Of a stretch of 35,160 bases of DNA, positions 1-9,182 are shown piece by piece. Source of the stretch: Chitinophagaceae bacterium (GTDB lineage Bacteria; Bacteroidota; Bacteroidia; Chitinophagales; Chitinophagaceae). Every line of letters begins with the position of its first letter. Position 1 is the first letter of the stretch. The translations under genes and the position numbers were made by a program. Where the stretch lies: contig JAYTTM010000061.1 in assembly GCA_043745055.1 (NCBI GenBank), positions 1 through 35,160 on the forward strand, written 5' to 3'. Under the pieces are notes generated by a model that saw only the letters and a program-made list of their open reading frames with translations, ran no database searches and was not told the DNA's origin.

Positions 1-623
1 TCGCCTTGCCGGTATGCAATCTTTATTAAATCAAATCTTACCTCATTAACTTTTACGGTGTTTGTGATAACCTCAAAAACCTGGTATTCTTTAACCCAGT
101 TCCAATAAGCTGAATACCCTGCGTACAGTAAATCATTGATGGTATTTAACCGTTCTACCCCCGATTGATCTCTGAAAATTTTAGCTTGTTTTAGAATAGC
201 ACGGCGCTTATCCATCATCAGATTTTTTGCCAGTGGCACCGAAATACCAACATAACTTGACTTGCCAAAAGTTGATTCGCTGTTTAAATCTACTCCGCTA
301 TTATTATCAAGACCAGCCTTTATTTCAATTCCATACCAGGTGGGTATTTTTAATTCAATGTTGTTGTAGTTGAAATAATTTTCTCCTCCAAAGGTTTTTT
401 GATCATTGCTATAGTACAATGAGGGATCAAAACCACTTCTTGCCAGGGTAATGTCGGCCTGTGCTTTTTCAATATTTATATCAGCCTGTTTTATAACCGG
501 GTGAAAGGTTTTTACAATGGCAATAAAATCTTCAGGGGATAACACCTGGCTATCCTCCAATTTATTTTGCGAGAAACAATTTGTTGTACAAAATAAAAAA
601 GAAAGAAATGTAAAAAATTTCAT
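1..623 (-). CDS. TolC-family outer membrane efflux protein (5' part; runs off the window start)
   Basis: Not in the ORF track. Read by hand from the ATG at 623: MKFFTFLSFLFCTTNCFSQNKLEDSQVLSPEDFIAIVKTFHPVIKQADINIEKAQADITLARSGFDP..., a signal peptide followed by an OEP-like N-terminal helix. Lies downstream of the HlyD and ABC genes on the same strand. Confidence 0.85.
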   Translation of the reverse strand, partial: MKFFTFLSFLFCTTNCFSQNKLEDSQVLSPEDFIAIVKTFHPVIKQADINIEKAQADITLARSGFDPSLYYSNDQKTFGGENYFNYNNIELKIPTWYGIEIKAGLDNNSGVDLNSESTFGKSSYVGISVPLAKNLMMDKRRAILKQAKIFRDQSGVERLNTINDLLYAGYSAYWNWVKEYQVFEVITNTVKVNEVRFDLIKIAYRQG

Positions 624-746
624 GGTTGATTATTGATCATGCTTAATGCTATCTGTAATGAGTGCAGCAACTATTTAAAGTTATCGAAGCATTGATATTG
701 CCGTTAAATTTCTTTGTCTGCATATTTGTAAGTTGCTACTGTTGCC

Positions 747-2099
747 TTATTTTTTCTTCCCCTTCTCCTCCTTTTTTTCTGCATTATAATACTCCGGAGG
801 AAAGCCGTTTATATTCCGCCACAACTCGTACCAGATGGGTACATCTTTAAGCAACGCAAATCCTTGAGCGCCGGTTCCCATTCGCAATTGAGGAGGCCAT
901 TTTCTATCCGCAGAATCTTCTGCCACCAACACCCGGAATTTACCGTTGTCACTTACAGAACTCTCTACCATTGCCACTTTACCGCCAAAAGTGCCATAAG
1001 AAGATTGGGGCCATCCACTAAAAACAATTGCCGGAAAACCATCAAACAAAAACCTCACTTTTTGCCCGATGGATAACAAAGGTAAATCGACTGGCCGCAC
1101 AAATATTTCCACAGCATATTGAATGTTATCCGGCACAATCTCTACAATCATTTCACCCTCTTTAACTATTTCACCAATACCAGCCTTTTTTGCTTTTACA
1201 ATTTGTCCGCTTTGCGGTGCAGTAATAAAATACAGTTTGCTTCTGATATCATAGTTCATGTATTGGTTTTGTAATTTTGATATATCACCTTCGCCTGTTG
1301 CAATTTGAGATAAGGATTGATATTTATCACCACTCGCTTTGGAAATTTTTTCATTGTAATCCTGCATAGCGCCATTCATCTCCAATTGCAATACCCCTAG
1401 CTCCTGTCTTGCGTTTAAAAATTTAATCTCAGCACTTGTTTTTTTTGCAATGGAATTTTGGTAACCCATATTTCGCTGCTCAAGTTGGGTAAGCGAAACC
1501 AGGCCGCTATCGTACATGTTTTTTTGCCGGGCAAACTGTTTGGTGGCAATAGACAAATCATTGGCAGCTGCTATTAAATCCATGCTGTCTGCCTGTACTT
1601 TCATCCGCTGTTGCCGCAATTTATTTTCAATTTGCGAAATCTTTAAAGCACGTCCCTGCGTTAATGCATCAATCTGCAAATCTGCAGTACCGGCCTTATC
1701 TTTATAGCTCGAAACCGTCATTTCCTTAGCCGTTAATTGCTCTTTGGTTCTGCTGAGTAAATTAGGATCCAGGTAATCATCCTTAATTTCTGACAGCTGA
1801 ATTATTGTATCAGCTTTTTTAACATAATCACCTTCTTTTACATGCCATTTTGCTACTTTACCGGGTATGATGGTATTGATTTCCTGTGGGCGCTGCTCTT
1901 GTCGTAAGGTAGTAATATTGCCTCTTGAGCTAATATTCTGTGTCCATGGAATAAATAAAATAATGATAAGTCCTGCAAGTATCCCTAATGTCCAATAACG
2001 AACTTTGCTTTTTTTGGTAATTCGATAAATCTTTTCAAAAGATTGTATGCTGTTACCTTGTTTAATTTGATCTTCAATTTTTGTTTCGATAAAATTCAT
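747..2099 (-). CDS. HlyD-family membrane fusion (periplasmic adaptor) protein
   Basis: N-terminal TM segment, lipoyl-like hairpin (IPGKVAKWHVKEGDYVKKAD), long coiled coil, ITAPQSG motif. Start moved to ATG 2099 (MNFIETK), which gives an ATGA overlap with the ABC gene stop. Confidence 0.9.
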   Translation of the reverse strand: MNFIETKIEDQIKQGNSIQSFEKIYRITKKSKVRYWTLGILAGLIIILFIPWTQNISSRGNITTLRQEQRPQEINTIIPGKVAKWHVKEGDYVKKADTIIQLSEIKDDYLDPNLLSRTKEQLTAKEMTVSSYKDKAGTADLQIDALTQGRALKISQIENKLRQQRMKVQADSMDLIAAANDLSIATKQFARQKNMYDSGLVSLTQLEQRNMGYQNSIAKKTSAEIKFLNARQELGVLQLEMNGAMQDYNEKISKASGDKYQSLSQIATGEGDISKLQNQYMNYDIRSKLYFITAPQSGQIVKAKKAGIGEIVKEGEMIVEIVPDNIQYAVEIFVRPVDLPLLSIGQKVRFLFDGFPAIVFSGWPQSSYGTFGGKVAMVESSVSDNGKFRVLVAEDSADRKWPPQLRMGTGAQGFALLKDVPIWYELWRNINGFPPEYYNAEKKEEKGKKK

Positions 2100-3817
2100 C
2101 GTACATTTTTTATAACATCCTGGATAGCGTCCCACTTACCTGAGACAGCTACCTGGCCTTTTTTGAGATAAATAACCTTATCACATTTTGAAGCAAAGGC
2201 AATATCATTGCTGCTTACAATAATTGTTTGCCCATGCGTTTCATGTAATAAATAATTGATTATAGATTGCTTTATAGGATCATTCAATCCCTCAAAAGGC
2301 TCTTCCATTAATACCAGTCTTGGATTATGAACAAGTGATCTCAACAGCAGAATTTTCTGAATGGCATTCCTTGATAATTTTTTTCCTACAGGATCAAGCT
2401 GGGTATTTAACCCGTCTTTCAGCTCGGACATAAATGTTTTTAACCCGGTTTTTTCTGCTAATAATAAAATATCTTTTGGCGTGATATCATCGCTGCCCAT
2501 ATTGATGTTTTCCAACAGGCTACCCTGAAAAATATCCTGCATGCTTAACAGAATACCCGTTTGCCTGCGCAAAGAATCAAGTTGGTAATTGGTAATGGGT
2601 AAACTATCTATCAGAATGGTTCCTTCAAAATCGTTGTAGGCGCCACTCATTAGCCTTAATAAAGAAGATTTTCCGGAACCTGTTGCTCCCATTATACAAA
2701 CTTTTTCATTGCCGTGTACCTGCAATTTTATATTTTCCAATATACTTTTACCATCGATAGCATAACTAAAATTTACTGCATTCATTTCAATTGAAAGTCC
2801 ATTATCGCCGTCCGGAAGTTGAATGCTGCCATCCTTCTCCAATGGCTTGTCTGTAAGCTTACCTAATTTTTCTACAGAAGTAAGTACGTCATAAACTGTA
2901 TCAAGATTACTGATTAATTTTTCGATTGAACCTATCACCATCAATATCACAATTTCAGCTGCAATAAATTGCCCAATGTTTAATTGCTGGTTTATCAGCA
3001 ATATGCTGCCTACAATTAGCATAGCCGCTGTAATGGCAACTTTAAACCCAACCAGGCTCCAGTATTGAAATAACAATACCTTAAAATGGGTAGTGCGATG
3101 GGTAAGGTAACCACTAACGAGTTTATCTGTTTTGCTGATGTTTAAAGAAGTTGATCTGGAAAACTTGAAAGATTTTATAACCCTTGCCATCTCCTCGAGC
3201 CAGCCTGCAACAGCATATTTATAATCACTTTCCCGTAAACTTGATTCCATGCCTTTTGCACTTGTAAGCCGTAAAATAAGGGATATAACCAATAGCAATA
3301 TCAAACCAAAAAATATAAAAACGGGATGGTAAAATGAAAGAAGAATCAGCCCAAAAAGTATTTGAATGGTTGCTGCCGGAATATCCAGCAGGAGTTTAGA
3401 AATTCCTTTTTGCAATGTAACCGTATCAAAAAAACGATTCACCAATTCTGGTAAATAATAGCTGTCAACCGACTGTAGATTTAATTTGGGAATGCGTTCA
3501 GCAAATTCAAAAGAGTAGCGGACAAATATTTTTTGCTGCACTTTTTCTATTAACCGCATTTGGTTTACCTGTAGCAGTCCGTTTAAAAAAACGCCCAGCA
3601 CTACCAGTACAATTAGTACAACCAGGGATGTGGATATTGTTCCACCCAAAACAAAACTGATAATAGACTGAATTCCGAGAGGAACTGAAAGTTGTATTAA
3701 ACCGCTTAAGATAGCATAAAAATATACAGAAGTTATTTCGTTCTTCTCTAACTTGATTACCTGAAGAATTCGCCGAACAGGATTTGCGAAAATATTTTGT
3801 GTAGCAGTAGCTGCCAT
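2096..3817 (-). CDS. ABC exporter, fused permease/ATP-binding protein (type I secretion-like)
   Basis: Multi-TM N-terminal domain and Walker A GATGSGKS; degenerate signature LSRNA and Walker B LVLMEEP. Likely start is ATG 3817 (MAATATQ). Confidence 0.88.
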   Translation of the reverse strand: MAATATQNIFANPVRRILQVIKLEKNEITSVYFYAILSGLIQLSVPLGIQSIISFVLGGTISTSLVVLIVLVVLGVFLNGLLQVNQMRLIEKVQQKIFVRYSFEFAERIPKLNLQSVDSYYLPELVNRFFDTVTLQKGISKLLLDIPAATIQILFGLILLSFYHPVFIFFGLILLLVISLILRLTSAKGMESSLRESDYKYAVAGWLEEMARVIKSFKFSRSTSLNISKTDKLVSGYLTHRTTHFKVLLFQYWSLVGFKVAITAAMLIVGSILLINQQLNIGQFIAAEIVILMVIGSIEKLISNLDTVYDVLTSVEKLGKLTDKPLEKDGSIQLPDGDNGLSIEMNAVNFSYAIDGKSILENIKLQVHGNEKVCIMGATGSGKSSLLRLMSGAYNDFEGTILIDSLPITNYQLDSLRRQTGILLSMQDIFQGSLLENINMGSDDITPKDILLLAEKTGLKTFMSELKDGLNTQLDPVGKKLSRNAIQKILLLRSLVHNPRLVLMEEPFEGLNDPIKQSIINYLLHETHGQTIIVSSNDIAFASKCDKVIYLKKGQVAVSGKWDAIQDVIKNVR

Positions 3818-4021
3818 ATTATTTAGTTGGTTTAAAAAACTTTCAAAGAGAGTTACATTTTGCAACACTAACTGTTACACTTATACATACCATTGAGCCC
3901 TTCAGGAAATCGGTTGCGAAAATAGGGTGAAAAGTTTAAAACTTTATCACCTATGTTTTATTGTGATTTTTTTAAGAAGTGTTTTACAAAGTAATGACAA
4001 AAAATAACGTATGGCATATAG

Positions 4022-4054
4022 AAAAAAACAGGCGCAAAAGTTACTCGTTGCGCC
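4022..4054 (-). terminator. Probable intrinsic terminator of parC
   Basis: GGCGCAA/TTGCGCC stem (4031-4037, 4048-4054) followed by a T-run on the minus strand, 30 nt after the parC stop. Confidence 0.55.
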
Positions 4055-4083
4055 ATTGCATTGTTATTTCTTAGCATGAAAAA

Positions 4084-6600
4084 TTACCCAAACAAATCTC
4101 CCTGCGAATTATCGGTAACCTGCCTTTTCTGCCACTCCATTTGAACGCTTTTGGTATATTCTGTAAGTTTTGCTCCTACAGCCTTCCAGCCCATTACCTC
4201 TACTAATTTTTCTACTTTAAATTTGGCACTTCTTACCAATTGCCCTTTGCCTGTTTGTACTACTAAAATGGGTTCAATTTCTGTAGTTACCATTTCAAGC
4301 CGATTGTCTTTGCCTTCTTTGATAAAGAAATATTTACTATGCAACGTGGTAGTTTCAATTTTAAACCGCTTGATATTATACTGCAATTTATCATTGTCCA
4401 AATAAACTGCTGTAATAATTTTTTCAGGATGATACTTTTCAATCAACAATACTTTTTCTATATCAAAACGCTGTGTCAGTTCCTGGTCGGTAATCTCATA
4501 ATTGCCATCATTGTATATTACCAGCAGCCTGTCTTCGGCGTCAAACTTACCAAGGTATTGTCCTTTTTCTTCGGTATTTAAACGGCCAAATTTATCATCA
4601 AACCAAAGCTTTTTTGCATCGAGGGTTGATTTACCAGCCTCCTTAAACTTTACAGATTTAATGGGGTACTTGGTAACTGTATTACCAATACTGCTTCTGC
4701 CTTTTATCTCCAATTCTTCAAAATAAAAATCGAATTCTTTTTTCTTGGCACTACAATTAGAACTTAATACAATCTTTACCACTTCGGCTTCTCCATTTGC
4801 ATTAGCACTAAAATAATGTACCCTACTTTTTTCTTCACTTTTGGTAAGATTGTATTCTTTATCACGGGTAATACCCGTTACATTAAAACGTTTAGCAAAG
4901 CTCACTCCTGACTTACCATCTACATAAATCATATTGTAGGTAGTGCGTTCATCACTTTTTTGAAATACAGCAATGTGAATAATGTCTTTACCAATAAAGG
5001 CTTTATCACATACTTTCACCACTTTCATTATACCTGCTTTAGTAAATGCAATGATGTCATCAAAGTCAGAAACTTCGGCTATCAATTCATCTTTCTTTAA
5101 ACCGGTTCCAACAAACCCATCTGCGTAATTTACATAAAGCTTTGTATTGGCAATAGCTACCGTTTTGGCTTGTATTGTATCAAATTGTTTAATTTCTGTT
5201 TTGCGTTCCCTGCCTTTACCGAATTTCTTCAAAAGGTTTTCATAGTAGGTAATGGCATATTCTGTCAGGTGATCGAGATCGTATTTAACCTGTGCTATAT
5301 CTGCTTCCAGTGCCTTAATCTGTTCATTTAATTCATCAATATCCAGTTTGTAAATGCGGCGTACTGGCTTCTCTGTAAGCTTCACAATATCTTCCCGGGT
5401 AATGTCTCTGCGCAATAATATTTTGAATGGCGCAAACGCTTTATCAATTGCTTCCAGTACTTTTTCCCAGCTGGCATGCTTTTGCTCCAGCTCTTTATAA
5501 ATTTTTTCTTCAAAGAATATTTTTTCCAAAGAAGTGTAATGCCATTTCTCCTGCAGCTCACCCAGTTTAATTTCCAGCTCTCTCTTTAGCAGGTCTTTTG
5601 TATTATCGGCGGCTGTTTTTAACAATTCAGTGGCTCCCAAAAAACGGGGTTTATTACCTGCAATTACGCAGGCATTGGGAGAAATACTTACCTCACAATC
5701 CGTGAAAGCATACAAGGCATCAATAGTAATATCAGGTGATATACCTGCTGCCAGTTCAATGATTATTTCTACTGCAGCTGCAGTATGATCCAATACTTTT
5801 TTTACTTTAATTTTTCCCTGGTCGTTGGCCTTAACAATGCTCTCCATCAACTGTGTGGTAGTAACGCCATAGGGCACGCTTTTTATCACCAGTGTTTTTT
5901 TATCCTGTTCTTCAATGATTGCCCTTACCCTTACTTTTCCGCCTCGTTTGCCATCATTGTAATTGGCTGCATCCATGGTGCCACCGGTTTGAAAATCGGG
6001 ATACAGTTCAAATTTTCTGCCTTTTAGATATTTGATGGAAGCATCAATTAGTTCACAAAAATTATGGGGTAAAATTTTAGTTGCCAAACCAACTGCAATA
6101 CCTTCTGCACCTTGTGCCAACAGCAACGGAAACTTCATGGGCAACGTAACCGGTTCATTTTTGCGGCCATCGTAGCTTACACTCCAGTTGGTGGTTTTTG
6201 CATTAAACGCAACTTCCAGGGCAAACTTGCTAAGCCTTGCTTCAATATACCTGGAGGCTGCCGCATCATCGCCGGTGCGTACATCACCCCAGTTACCCTG
6301 CGTTTCTATCAACAAATCTTTTTGGCCAAGGTTAACAATTGCATCACCAATACTCATGTCTCCATGCGGATGGTATTGCATGGTTTGCCCGATGATATTG
6401 GCAACCTTATTAAAACGGCCATCATCCATCTCCTTCATGGCGTGCAGAATGCGGCGCTGTACTGGTTTTAAGCCATCTTCAATAGCAGGTACTGCCCGTT
6501 CTAAAATTACATAACTGGCATAGTCTAAAAACCAGATTTTGTATTGTCCGCCAATCCCGGCATCTGTGTGGATATACTCTTCTTTGTTTGCTTTTGCCAT
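4084..6600 (-). CDS. parC: DNA topoisomerase IV subunit A (Bacteroidota type)
   Basis: DGLKPVQRR, YHPHGD and AAASRY (catalytic Tyr) motifs; WFLDYASYVILERAVP N-terminus typical of Bacteroidota ParC; no obvious GyrA-box. Confidence 0.88.
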   Translation of the reverse strand: MAKANKEEYIHTDAGIGGQYKIWFLDYASYVILERAVPAIEDGLKPVQRRILHAMKEMDDGRFNKVANIIGQTMQYHPHGDMSIGDAIVNLGQKDLLIETQGNWGDVRTGDDAAASRYIEARLSKFALEVAFNAKTTNWSVSYDGRKNEPVTLPMKFPLLLAQGAEGIAVGLATKILPHNFCELIDASIKYLKGRKFELYPDFQTGGTMDAANYNDGKRGGKVRVRAIIEEQDKKTLVIKSVPYGVTTTQLMESIVKANDQGKIKVKKVLDHTAAAVEIIIELAAGISPDITIDALYAFTDCEVSISPNACVIAGNKPRFLGATELLKTAADNTKDLLKRELEIKLGELQEKWHYTSLEKIFFEEKIYKELEQKHASWEKVLEAIDKAFAPFKILLRRDITREDIVKLTEKPVRRIYKLDIDELNEQIKALEADIAQVKYDLDHLTEYAITYYENLLKKFGKGRERKTEIKQFDTIQAKTVAIANTKLYVNYADGFVGTGLKKDELIAEVSDFDDIIAFTKAGIMKVVKVCDKAFIGKDIIHIAVFQKSDERTTYNMIYVDGKSGVSFAKRFNVTGITRDKEYNLTKSEEKSRVHYFSANANGEAEVVKIVLSSNCSAKKKEFDFYFEELEIKGRSSIGNTVTKYPIKSVKFKEAGKSTLDAKKLWFDDKFGRLNTEEKGQYLGKFDAEDRLLVIYNDGNYEITDQELTQRFDIEKVLLIEKYHPEKIITAVYLDNDKLQYNIKRFKIETTTLHSKYFFIKEGKDNRLEMVTTEIEPILVVQTGKGQLVRSAKFKVEKLVEVMGWKAVGAKLTEYTKSVQMEWQKRQVTDNSQGDLFG

Positions 6601-6630
6601 AGTTTAAAATTTCTCATCAGTTGTAGGAAG

Positions 6631-6776
6631 GTTTCCCGCAAATAAGCAAAGAAAGCAAAGGTCTTTAAGCATTGCCCTTTTTACTTATTTGAATAGTTTT
6701 AAAAGAGTTTCACTAAAAGAAGCAAAAAAATCGAAAAAACTTTGCTTCTTTGCCCCTTTGCCTCTTTGCGTGAAAC
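6631..6776. repeat. Nested inverted-repeat (REP/MITE-like) element built from GCAAAG units
   Basis: GTTTCCCGCAAATAAGCAAAGAAAGCAAAG (6631-6660) is the imperfect reverse complement of CTTTGCCCCTTTGCCTCTTTGCGTGAAAC (6748-6776). There is also an inner AAAGAAGCAAA/TTTGCTTCTTT pair. Confidence 0.65.
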
Positions 6777-6784
6777 ATTGCTCA

Positions 6785-7171
6785 TTAAATCTCATATAAT
6801 TCCAGCGGCTGCCCGTTGGGATCGTAAAAAAAACAAAATTGTTTGTTGGTTATTTCATCTGTTCTGATACTTTGAACTTCTACTCCATGGGCCATTAATT
6901 CACTTACTGCTACTGCCACATTATCAACTGCAAAAGCAAGGTGTCGCAAACCTTTCGATTCAGGGAAAGAAGCCCTTTCACGATTATTGGGAAATGAAAA
7001 CAGTTCAATGGAATAAAGGCCATTAATGGCAAGATCAAGTTTATAAGAATTCCTTTCTTTTCGGAAGGTTTCCTTAATTATGGTAAAGCCCAGCACTTCT
7101 ATATAAAACCGCTTGCTTCTTTCATAATCCCCGGCAATAATGGCGATGTGGTGTATGCCTTTAATGTTCAT
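6785..7171 (-). CDS. VOC/glyoxalase-family protein (YaeR-like)
   Basis: IHHIAII...FY...LGF, GLRHLAFAV and FFYDPNGQPLELYE motifs. Confidence 0.9.
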   Translation of the reverse strand: MNIKGIHHIAIIAGDYERSKRFYIEVLGFTIIKETFRKERNSYKLDLAINGLYSIELFSFPNNRERASFPESKGLRHLAFAVDNVAVAVSELMAHGVEVQSIRTDEITNKQFCFFYDPNGQPLELYEI

Positions 7172-7256
7172 AGTTATTGATTTATAGCTGTTTCAATTAT
7201 TTTTATCCTATTGTTTTTTTTAGATGATTTTATTTGTGTTGAAATCCTTTTACAAT

Positions 7257-8072
7257 TTAAGCAACAGTAGGAATTTTCAATTCAAATTCTTTCATATTCC
7301 CCACCTTTCCCTGCACATCAAACTTTCCCTGAGACAGCATTGTTTTCAGTCGCCAAAGCAGGTAAGCATCTCCTGTGGTTTCTTTTGATTTACTCAAGCA
7401 TTGCTGAATAATTCTGGAAGCTTTCTGCCAATCTGTAGTTATGTACTTTTTCAATTCAGTATCATAATACTCATATTCTGCCTGCATTAGTTTTTTACCC
7501 CCTTCCAGCAAACGTACGCCTTTGCTTTCGTTGCAAAGTTTTGTCCATTCGTCCGGATCAACTTCAAACTCACTAAGTGTAATGGGACGGGCTAATTTCT
7601 TTGCCTTTAAAAATTCTTTTGGCTGAATTTGATGGAGCCAATTAGGATAAAAAATATTTCCCTTTTCGTTGATAAAAGGCAGGTTGTTGAGGTAAAGTAT
7701 TTGCACCCTTCCCTGAAATTCTTTCATGTAATTTAACAACCAGTAATAACCGCAAACATCGTGTTTATTTTGTGCAGCCCAAATCCATATTTCGGCTGTT
7801 TCATCACGCCTTAATGTGCCTGCTAAGGTGGCTGCTGTTTTGTAATCATCAATTTCATCCGTATCTGCTTTACCATCATAGTCGCCTCCGGCAAGCACTT
7901 GTTTCCACCATTCCCTGCGGCTTTGTATGCCTTTGCCTATGTAAATATTATCTAATGGCCCAACGGCATAATCATCTCTGATTAATACAACTTCGCCAGC
8001 AAGTGTTTCATCCAATTCAATGGCTTGCTGCAGTACTTTTACATCCGCTTCGTTAAAAACTATATGAATCAT
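7257..8072 (-). CDS. DUF1835-domain protein (probably with C-terminal DUF3658)
   Basis: MIHIVFN...DDYAVGPL...RREWW N-terminus, IWIWAAQNKHD, GDAYLLWRL C-terminal motif. Confidence 0.75.
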   Translation of the reverse strand: MIHIVFNEADVKVLQQAIELDETLAGEVVLIRDDYAVGPLDNIYIGKGIQSRREWWKQVLAGGDYDGKADTDEIDDYKTAATLAGTLRRDETAEIWIWAAQNKHDVCGYYWLLNYMKEFQGRVQILYLNNLPFINEKGNIFYPNWLHQIQPKEFLKAKKLARPITLSEFEVDPDEWTKLCNESKGVRLLEGGKKLMQAEYEYYDTELKKYITTDWQKASRIIQQCLSKSKETTGDAYLLWRLKTMLSQGKFDVQGKVGNMKEFELKIPTVA

Positions 8073-8135
8073 TTTTTTATTTTTTTTCTTTAACGCAAAA
8101 ACAGCAGCGTATTTTAAGACGCAAAGCTTGCTTTA

Positions 8136-8954
8136 TTAAAAACCGTTTGCCGCTGATCGGCTTTGAGTGTCAGCCTCTGCTATTAAATAATATACGCAAG
8201 TGGTTAAATAATTTCTTACAACCGGTATCGCACTTACCAAACCTAGCTGCTGCAATGGCTTCCAGCCAAACTTGTAGGTATAAATCGGGTTGATAAAATA
8301 GTGCATTTTATTCACCACTTTGTAACCTGTGGTTGCTACAATTTTTTCAAATCTTTCTATACTAATACCTGTTTCTTTAATCTCTGCAAAAGATGCTACA
8401 TCCTGTTTAAAAAATTTCAACAGGCTTTTGTAAGCAGCCATCGGTAACAAATGAAAGTAAGGAAGTTTGCTTAGCAACTTATTTGTCATCACCTGCTGGT
8501 GTCCGCCAAAAGGCATTTGCCAGGGTGGAAAACCAAAGAAGATTACACCCGACGGATTCAACAATCCTTTCATCCACCCAATCAGTTTTTCCTGGTTGTG
8601 TATATGTTCAATTACATCCTTTAAAATGATGATATCGAACCTGCCCCTTAACTCCAACTCTACATCTACGTTGTAAATATCTTTTGATACAAAACTAATT
8701 TTCCCTTGCGCCAGTTCATCGTTCATAAACTCACGAGCAAGTACCAATCTAGGTTCATCCAGTTCTACGCCTACTGTTATACAACCCTTTTCAGTAAAGG
8801 CTTTCAGCACACCAGCTTCGGCACAACCAATTTCCAGCACCCGCATGCCTGGCATGATAGTCATATACTTTTCTACAAATGGCACAATGTAACTACGGGC
8901 ATTTTGTGCCTGCATTTCAAAATATCTTTTTTTATCTGTGTGAAAATCGAACAT
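8136..8954 (-). CDS. Class I SAM-dependent methyltransferase
   Basis: VLEIGCAEAG motif I, FDIIILKDVIEHI, LLNPSGVIF. Confidence 0.88.
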   Translation of the reverse strand: MFDFHTDKKRYFEMQAQNARSYIVPFVEKYMTIMPGMRVLEIGCAEAGVLKAFTEKGCITVGVELDEPRLVLAREFMNDELAQGKISFVSKDIYNVDVELELRGRFDIIILKDVIEHIHNQEKLIGWMKGLLNPSGVIFFGFPPWQMPFGGHQQVMTNKLLSKLPYFHLLPMAAYKSLLKFFKQDVASFAEIKETGISIERFEKIVATTGYKVVNKMHYFINPIYTYKFGWKPLQQLGLVSAIPVVRNYLTTCVYYLIAEADTQSRSAANGF

Positions 8955-8958
8955 TGCT

Positions 8959-9066
8959 ATAATTGATAATTGGATAGTTGATAGTTAATAGTTAATAGTT
9001 AATAATTGGATAATTGATAGTTGATAATTGGATAATTGATATTTGATAATTGGATAATTGATAATT
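8959..9066. repeat. Degenerate 7-8 bp tandem repeat (AATTGAT/AGTTGAT/AGTTAAT/AATTGGAT)
   Basis: About 15 consecutive units visible between the parE 3' end and the methyltransferase start codon. Confidence 0.9.
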
Positions 9067-9074
9067 TTCACTCA

Positions 9075-9182
9075 GCAAACACTTCAATTATTCTTAAACC
9101 TGCCTTAACCCCCCTTTAGGGGATGGGGGCAAACACTTCAATTATTCTTAAACCTGCCCTAACCCCCCTTTATGGTATGGGG
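9075..9182. repeat. 54-bp tandem duplication carrying a CCCCC..GGGG hairpin; second copy overlaps the parE stop
   Basis: GCAAACACTTCAATTATTCTTAAACCTGCCYTAACCCCCCTTTAKGGKATGGGG at 9075-9128 and 9129-9182, 3 mismatches. Confidence 0.9.
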
